The notes beneath the pieces are model-generated. The model saw only the letters and a list, made by a program, of their open reading frames with translations. It made no database searches and was not told the origin of the DNA. DNA of 64,000 nt, from assembly GCA_964602245.1 (NCBI GenBank), contig CAZRPY010000001.1:88246-152245 (forward strand). Reading direction: 5' to 3'. Shown one piece after another: positions 58,314 to 64,000 of the stretch. This DNA comes from an uncultured Methanosarcinales archaeon (lineage in GTDB: Archaea > Nanobdellota > Nanobdellia > Woesearchaeales > JACPIF01). Numbering within the stretch: the first letter of the stretch is position 1; each line of letters begins with the position of its first letter. A program made the translations under genes and the position numbers.

Positions 58314-59653
58314 GTATTTTTAAGAAGCCTAAATGAGAGAGAACTTGGATATTTTTTGTATCCTTTTTTAATGTAAAATATATCTTTTATCTGATCATTG
58401 CAAAGAATTAATAAGGCTACTAGTAATAGTATATTAAAGATTAATACTATGATAATTACTTGCTGTATGCTTTGATGGAAGAGAAAAATTAACAACATTT
58501 CTATGAATAATGCAGGAAATAAAACATATAGAATATTCCATTTTTTAATTGCTAGATTATAGACAACAATAACATTGGTTAATGCTAAAAGGCTCATTGC
58601 AATTGAGTAGATACCAATATAAGAAGAGATATTGTACTTATTGCCAACTGCTATATTTACGATAAATGATGGAAACAGAAAATAAGATATTATGACAATA
58701 GAGCAGCCTAAAGTTGTCCAAAATAAGCCAAATCTTAAATATTCTGAGGTATCTTCCCCATTACTATATAATTCTGAAACTTTTGGAAAGATTATAGTGT
58801 TTAATGCACTGGAAATGAAAAAGACAATACTACCGACAAGAGATGTAGCTCCATAAAAACCACTTTCTGTTTCATCAAAAAAAGATTTTACCATCATTAC
58901 ATCGATATTAAGCATAATTCCTATTAGTGATGAGATAAGAGTTGCTAGGATAATATACTCCATTAAGCCAATCTTACCAAGAGGAGTCTTTTTTATCATT
59001 ATTATATTTTTGAGAGCTCCTAGACAGAAAGGTATTGTTGCAACTGCTCCCAGAAACATTGCCAGCACTGCACCATTAACATTGAGTCTTAATAAATAAA
59101 CAAATAATATTCCTAAAATTAGCGTGGCTATGGCTTCAAATATTCTATTAAGCCCTAGAGTAAAATATCTTTGAAGGCCATTAAGAGCGCTTAGCAAAGA
59201 TGTGATAAATAGGAATGACCATATAAATAGACCTAATAGAACTACTGCAAATCTTGAGTTTAAATTGAATAAATCTGAAATATCCTGGGAGAAGATGCTA
59301 AGAAGCAGAAAGACAAGAAAGCCAGAGGCAAACAAGTATTTTATAGAAAGATTAAGGAGCATACTGATTTTATCGTATTGGCTCTTTGCCTTAAAGTAAG
59401 AGATATATTTAATGATGACGATACTAACTACACCTGCTGTGACTGAAGCTATTTGGAATATGGCAAGAAGGACTGCAAAAGCAGAGTAAGATTCTGGGCC
59501 TAACTTTCTACTCATTATAAAGTAAAAGGCTACTGTAAAAATGTTAGCTATGCTGGAGAGCATGAAAGTAGTAAGAAGATGCTTTAAAGCACCTCTATTT
59601 TGGTTTAGGGTACTGGAGATATAAGATTTAGCTTTATCTATAATTTTTGTCAT
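58310..59653 (-). CDS. MOP-superfamily flippase (Wzx-like), second copy
   Basis: 447 aa, 12-14 TM helices. Confidence 0.7.
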   Translation of the reverse strand: MTKIIDKAKSYISSTLNQNRGALKHLLTTFMLSSIANIFTVAFYFIMSRKLGPESYSAFAVLLAIFQIASVTAGVVSIVIIKYISYFKAKSQYDKISMLLNLSIKYLFASGFLVFLLLSIFSQDISDLFNLNSRFAVVLLGLFIWSFLFITSLLSALNGLQRYFTLGLNRIFEAIATLILGILFVYLLRLNVNGAVLAMFLGAVATIPFCLGALKNIIMIKKTPLGKIGLMEYIILATLISSLIGIMLNIDVMMVKSFFDETESGFYGATSLVGSIVFFISSALNTIIFPKVSELYSNGEDTSEYLRFGLFWTTLGCSIVIISYFLFPSFIVNIAVGNKYNISSYIGIYSIAMSLLALTNVIVVYNLAIKKWNILYVLFPALFIEMLLIFLFHQSIQQVIIIVLIFNILLLVALLILCNDQIKDIFYIKKGYKKYPSSLSFRLLKNT

Positions 59654-59689
59654 TTGAAGATTTTTAATATAGCTAAGATTTAAATGTTA

Positions 59690-60289
59690 TTATTCATCTG
59701 AGAAATCTTCTAGCTTAAGATTAATCTCCTCATTTTCTTTAATTAAGCCTCTTTTCTTCATATACTCATTAGCAAGTATCCAGAACAATACCCCTAGGCT
59801 TTTCTTACCTTTATTATTACAAGGCACAACTAAATCGATATTATTTGACTGATTATTAGTATGGCATAGGGCTATAACAGGAATCCCTATCTTTAAGGCG
59901 TCATTAACTGCGTTTCTATCAGGCCAAGCATCTGTAACTAGAATAATTTTAGGCTCAAAATATGTTTCAAGCTTGGGATTTGTTAGAATGCCTGGAGGGT
60001 ATCTTCCTGCAAATACTCTAGAGCCTGTAACCTTGCCAAAGGCTTTAACTGGTTTCCAACCATTTTCTCTCCTGCTAACAATGAGAATTTCTTCTGGCTT
60101 ATAGTTTGCCAGTAGGTTTGCTGCCTGCTTAATTCTTTCATCTATCTTTTGCAAGTTAAGAACTGACAAGCCATCTGGTCTAGTCTTGTAAATAAACTGT
60201 TCCATATGCCTAGTCTTGAATTTAGTGCCAATATAGATTCCCGATTTTAAGTAGATATCCTGTGGAACTAGTAATGCTTCTTCTGCCAT
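59690..60289 (-). CDS. rps2: 30S ribosomal protein uS2 (archaeal type)
   Basis: MAEEALLVPQDIYLKSGIYIGTK...PDRNAVNDALKIGIPVIALCHTNN. Confidence 0.9.
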   Translation of the reverse strand: MAEEALLVPQDIYLKSGIYIGTKFKTRHMEQFIYKTRPDGLSVLNLQKIDERIKQAANLLANYKPEEILIVSRRENGWKPVKAFGKVTGSRVFAGRYPPGILTNPKLETYFEPKIILVTDAWPDRNAVNDALKIGIPVIALCHTNNQSNNIDLVVPCNNKGKKSLGVLFWILANEYMKKRGLIKENEEINLKLEDFSDE

Positions 60290-60430
60290 TTTAGCCTTAT
60301 ATTTTTAATTTGTACTTTTTTATTGTAATTCTTTTATTTTTTAAATTGTATTTTTGTTTATTTTTTATTTACTTAATTTGCAATACGGTTACGAACTACG
60401 CAACATACCTGTCAGCTAGTACACTTTACA

Positions 60431-60524
60431 GCACTGATAAGCGGACCTAGTGCATAGCCTCGTATTTCGAGGCTCGTTAATGCTAATTATTATTTTATTA
60501 ATATTTTTTATTTGCTTAATGCAA
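60431..60524 (+). repeat. conserved structured element, copy B (paralog of 44942..45026)
   Basis: gcactgataagcggacctagtgcatagcctcgtatttcgaggctcgttaatgctaattattatttt...ttgcttaatgcaa; the same hairpin stems with different loop and bulge. Confidence 0.6.
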
Positions 60525-60669
60525 GTTACTATTAATTATTTTAAATAGTACTTTCTGCCATTTTTATTGCCTTATGCAGTTATCGCAAGCACTATAGCCA
60601 GTACTTGCTTTTGGCATTATAATAATGGAAAGAAGATGGAATTTATAAAGGTTGTGGGGTTTTGTATGC

Positions 60670-61206
60670 TTAAGGTTCTAATTTGAATATTTCTAGGTCC
60701 TCATATAAGGCACCCTGTCTAGTAAGAGTGCTTTTCATGAGCCTGAAGTCTTTAACATTCGCTTCTAAGTTTTTAATTTTAAGCTTAGAAACATTTTGAA
60801 CAAATTCTTCTTTGTTTTTCAAGAATTTTACTCTAGCTAGAGTTATATGAGGCTTAAACTTCTTTTCTTTAGGGGAATATTCTAACATAGATTGGTCTAT
60901 TAATGATTGAAGTTCTAATGCGTCATTTTCTGGATTAATTCCTAGCCACACAACTCTTATCATCTTATTGCTAGGGAAAAAGCCTATTCTATCAAGGCTA
61001 AAGGTAAAGCTTTTAAATTTTATAGCAGAAAGCTTCTCCTTTACTTTTTCTAATAACTCATTCTCAATATAGCCTAAGAATTTTAGAGTTAAATGATAGT
61101 CTTTTACTAAAGAAATACCTTTGAGGTCTTTTATGAACTCTTTTTGCAGTTCTGCTAGATAAGATTTAATTTGCTCAGGAAGAGCTACTGCTATGAAAGT
61201 CCTCAT
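60670..61206 (-). CDS. RNA 2',3'-cyclic phosphodiesterase / 2'-5' RNA ligase (LigT/ThpR)
   Basis: Two H-x-T/S-x motifs (HLTLKFLG and HITLARVK); 178 aa. Confidence 0.8.
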   Translation of the reverse strand: MRTFIAVALPEQIKSYLAELQKEFIKDLKGISLVKDYHLTLKFLGYIENELLEKVKEKLSAIKFKSFTFSLDRIGFFPSNKMIRVVWLGINPENDALELQSLIDQSMLEYSPKEKKFKPHITLARVKFLKNKEEFVQNVSKLKIKNLEANVKDFRLMKSTLTRQGALYEDLEIFKLEP

Positions 61207-61245
61207 ATTACCTCATTGGGGAATAAGAAAGATTAGAAAAATAAT

Positions 61246-61578
61246 TTATTGCTCTTCTTCTCCAAAATCTTCTGTGTCTTCATAACTTTCTGGCTCAGAA
61301 GCAGATTCTTGGCTTTCTTCTGTGTAGTCTTGTTTTGGTTCTTGTGCCTCTTTTTCACTTTTACCAATAACCTCCCCAAAGCCAACTTTGCTAAGAACCT
61401 TTTTAACTCTGATTCTTACCTCATCACCTTGGCTGGTGTTAGGCACAAATAGCACAAAGCCGTCTTTTTTAGCTATGCCATCGCCTTTCTCGCCAACTGC
61501 TTCTATCTTCACATCTAACTCATCTCCAACATTAACTGGAGCTGATCTAGGCCTAAAACCTCTATCTTCTCTTCTCAT
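61246..61578 (-). CDS. TRAM domain protein with acidic C-terminal tail
   Basis: VGDELDVKIEAVGEKGDGIAKKDGFVLFVPNTSQGDEVRIRVKKV matches the TRAM beta-barrel. Confidence 0.7.
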   Translation of the reverse strand: MRREDRGFRPRSAPVNVGDELDVKIEAVGEKGDGIAKKDGFVLFVPNTSQGDEVRIRVKKVLSKVGFGEVIGKSEKEAQEPKQDYTEESQESASEPESYEDTEDFGEEEQ

Positions 61579-61686
61579 TATTTACTTCACCTTTGAATTT
61601 AGGTATTTAACTACCCTATTAACCTATTATGAATTTTATTGTATTTATAAATATATGCCTTTTTAGAATGAAAAATAAAAAAGAAA

Positions 61687-62745
61687 TTAGAGATCTTTCA
61701 AGCCCGCTATGTCGAGATAGAAGGTAGCTTCTCCTTCAGGCAGGTTTGGACTGTCAACAAGCTTTGCAACTCTGCTGCCTTTCTTACCTTTCCTTAGATA
61801 AATTCTAAAGGTAGAGGTATGGGCTACAATATGGCCACCAATTGCTTGTGTTGGGTCACCAAAGAAGATATCTGGTCTGGCCATTACTTGATTAGTAACA
61901 TAGACACACAAGTTATAGGTGTCTGCAAGCTTAAGCAATGTGTGCATGTGCTTGTTAATTCTTTGCTGCCTATCTGCTAGAGTACCTCTGCCTATAAACT
62001 CTGCCCTGAAATGAGCAGTTAATGAGTCAACTACAACAAGTTTGACTTTTAGACCTTGTTTTTTTATAAGGTCTTCTATCTTTTCGGCTAGAAGCGTTTG
62101 ATGATCTGAGTTATAGGCTCGAGCAACCTTTATGTTTCTCAAGACTTGCTCTGGATCCATGCCAAAGCCTTCTGCAATCTGCTGAATTCTCTCTGGCCTG
62201 AATGTGTTCTCAGTATCAATGAATACTGCTATTGCTTCTGGATCATTTTTCTGGCACTGGACTGCTAAAGAATGTGCAATCTGGGTTTTTCCACTGCCAA
62301 ATTCTCCAAATGCTTCTATTATACAGTCAGTTTCAAAGCCACCACCAAGTAAGTTGTCTAGAGCTTGACTTCCTGAATGGATTTTTTCTATCATTGCTCT
62401 TTTGGCAAGCAAATCAATGCCAGATTCAAAACCCATCTGTAAAGCGCTTCTTGCTGCATGAATCATTTTTCTAGCTACTAGTTCGCTAACACCTGTAGCA
62501 TCTACTATCTCTCCAGGAGAAGCAACTGCTATACTCATTAAAGTAGAGAAGCCTACTTCTTCAAGCTTTGAAGCTGTAGCTGGACCTACTCCAGGCAGAT
62601 CTGCAACATTAATCTCTCTTTTTATGTGGACTGTTTTTTCAGTCCTTGCTCTTTGCTTTTCTTTTGTTTCAGAAATCGTAGATTTCTGAGACTCGGAACT
62701 TTGTTCCTTTGTTTCCAAGATAACCACTTTTTGCATCATAATCAC
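61687..62745 (-). CDS. radA: DNA repair and recombination protein RadA
   Basis: N-terminal HhH domain (DLPGVGPATASKLEEVGF); GEFGSGKTQ Walker A; 352 aa. Confidence 0.9.
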   Translation of the reverse strand: MIMMQKVVILETKEQSSESQKSTISETKEKQRARTEKTVHIKREINVADLPGVGPATASKLEEVGFSTLMSIAVASPGEIVDATGVSELVARKMIHAARSALQMGFESGIDLLAKRAMIEKIHSGSQALDNLLGGGFETDCIIEAFGEFGSGKTQIAHSLAVQCQKNDPEAIAVFIDTENTFRPERIQQIAEGFGMDPEQVLRNIKVARAYNSDHQTLLAEKIEDLIKKQGLKVKLVVVDSLTAHFRAEFIGRGTLADRQQRINKHMHTLLKLADTYNLCVYVTNQVMARPDIFFGDPTQAIGGHIVAHTSTFRIYLRKGKKGSRVAKLVDSPNLPEGEATFYLDIAGLKDL

Positions 62746-62752
62746 CTCTGAT

Positions 62753-63064
62753 TTATATAATTTCCTCTACAACTTTCTCAGAATCATAGCCAGAGCTGAT
62801 CTCTCTCATTGTGAGATACTCATAGGCTTTCTGAAGAACTAGAGATGCTCTTGGCAGGTCATTAACTCTAAGAGTTGCAGAATTCTGCCATACTCCATTC
62901 TTGTCTTTGTATCTTCTTTGGAAAGATACTGTACGGAAATTTACAACACCATCCTTGCCAGCTGCTTGGTTTAGCCAAACTGTTGCACTAATTGGGCCGC
63001 TAACAAACTTTTTTTCAGGACTATTGCCTGAGTCCTCAACAAAACTACTTTTCATTTTAAACAC
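62753..63064 (-). CDS. hypothetical small protein, possible ssDNA-binding (PC4/YdbC-like) fold
   Basis: 103 aa. Its position between radA and an RPA-like gene suggests a DNA-metabolism role. The fold assignment is tentative. Confidence 0.3.
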   Translation of the reverse strand: MFKMKSSFVEDSGNSPEKKFVSGPISATVWLNQAAGKDGVVNFRTVSFQRRYKDKNGVWQNSATLRVNDLPRASLVLQKAYEYLTMREISSGYDSEKVVEEII

Positions 63065-63280
63065 CCTTATTTGCTGTTCGCATTTTCTTTCAATACTTCC
63101 CTTATTTTGCGTATCATAAAGAACGCCAGGAAGTGGGTAAAGCCAAAATGGCCTTTAGCAATCTTATTTAGCTATTATCTTTATATACCTCACGTGAAGA
63201 TGTCTTGTGACTTGTGGTATGTCTAATAAGATAATAAGGCTTATAAATGAAGAATATTAGGATTATAGGCTGTCCAGTGG

Positions 63281-63916
63281 TTATTCTATGATTTCCTCTG
63301 GAACCTCTTCTATAACATTATTCAGGTTTTCTTTATCTTTATTTTTGCTAAATATTATAGGATTTGGGCTCTGCTGAGGACTAAGGGATAAAATCTCTTT
63401 TTCTGGATCTATATTAGTATGAACATTATTGGAAATAAATTCTAGTCTGTCAAACATCTGATTTTTGGTGCATCTGCCCCTAACCTTGATTGTAGTGCCA
63501 AGAAGAGCAGCTCTTATTTCTTCAAAAATCTCTGGAGAGTCTTTTATTTTTAGTATTTCTATACTATTTTTTGCTAGAAGGGCTTCAAGCTGGTTTCTAA
63601 AAAAGACTGCTCTAATATTATCTGTTCCATCATCAAGGGTTAAATTAAGTACATAGGAATAAGCAGGAGTTATTATGCCATGTTCTTGGCATTTAAAATC
63701 ATCAGCAAACCTGACTCTTCTGCTGCATTTGTCGCAAATCTCAAAGAACTTTATATCAAAAACCTGGACAATTGTTGCTAATAATTCAATATCAGAGTCA
63801 TTTTCAGTAATATCTTTAATATCTTTCCTAGTGGAAGTTTTATAGCTATCTGGATTTATATTTATTGTAACATTTTCTATATCTGTTAGAAGTTGCCCAT
63901 TATCATTTAAATGCAC
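63281..63916 (-). CDS. replication protein A-like OB-fold protein with zinc finger
   Basis: CDKCSRRVRFADDFKCQEH (C-x2-C-x12-C-x2-H) embedded in an OB-fold-like region; 211 aa. Confidence 0.5.
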   Translation of the reverse strand: MHLNDNGQLLTDIENVTININPDSYKTSTRKDIKDITENDSDIELLATIVQVFDIKFFEICDKCSRRVRFADDFKCQEHGIITPAYSYVLNLTLDDGTDNIRAVFFRNQLEALLAKNSIEILKIKDSPEIFEEIRAALLGTTIKVRGRCTKNQMFDRLEFISNNVHTNIDPEKEILSLSPQQSPNPIIFSKNKDKENLNNVIEEVPEEIIE

Positions 63917-64000
63917 CTCTTTTCTTCCATTGTTATCTTTTACATATCCATTTTTTATTTTAACAATAGAATTAACTTTTAATGTTCTTATTTTATCAGC

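Noticed and set aside
44942-60524. The two about 90-nt conserved elements as att-like boundaries of an integrated mobile element
   Set aside because: The enclosed 15 kb carries core housekeeping genes (glmS, glmM, rps2, radB, aMBF1) and no integrase. The elements more plausibly mark transcript ends or sRNA genes.

Overview
Low-GC (about 30% by eye) archaeal chromosome segment. The lineage call rests on an archaeal-type RadA, RadB, uS2, aMBF1, an AK6/Fap7 kinase and an archaeal-type 5S rRNA; the window reads like a DPANN-like genome. Roughly 3.8-44.7 kb is one large accessory island for glycan synthesis and decoration: five GT9 (heptosyltransferase-like) genes (three in overlapping tandem), three DPM1-like GT2 polyprenyl-phosphate sugar synthases, one GT4, four to five large polytopic GT-C-like membrane proteins, a Wzx flippase, a flippase-like PF03706 protein, three cobalamin-binding radical SAM enzymes, three class I SAM methyltransferases, two NodU/CmcH carbamoyltransferases, a WecB-like 2-epimerase, GalE-like and SDR epimerases, a GMC-family flavoprotein carrying an embedded 4Fe-4S cysteine motif, a ferredoxin-domain protein, and a UDP-glucose to UDP-glucuronate to UDP-xylose cassette (Glc-1-P nucleotidyltransferase, Ugd, UXS). 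The island is bracketed by two inverted paralogs of a ribbon-helix-helix::nucleotidyltransferase fusion whose catalytic Gly-rich loop looks degenerate, so they are candidate sugar-nucleotide-sensing regulators. Downstream come an alpha/beta hydrolase and an orphan archaeal 5S rRNA. Then follows a housekeeping block: glmM, an unannotated 49-aa zinc-ribbon ORF, a glmU-like gene and glmS (the ORF is translationally coupled between glmM and the glmU-like gene); AK6-like kinase; aMBF1; a processive GT2 synthase (QxxRW) with two big membrane proteins and a second Wzx; radB; rps2; LigT; a TRAM protein; radA; and an RPA-like OB-fold protein. Non-coding structure of note: a roughly 90-nt element (long hairpin, T-tract, then the motif ttgcttaatgcaa) present in two same-orientation copies; a cluster of covarying hairpin repeats in one intergenic region; a 15-bp perfect inverted repeat upstream of the GMC gene; and a relic copy of a gene 3' end. 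Also flagged: a double-motif LAGLIDADG-like protein and a RelE/ParE-like toxin pair.
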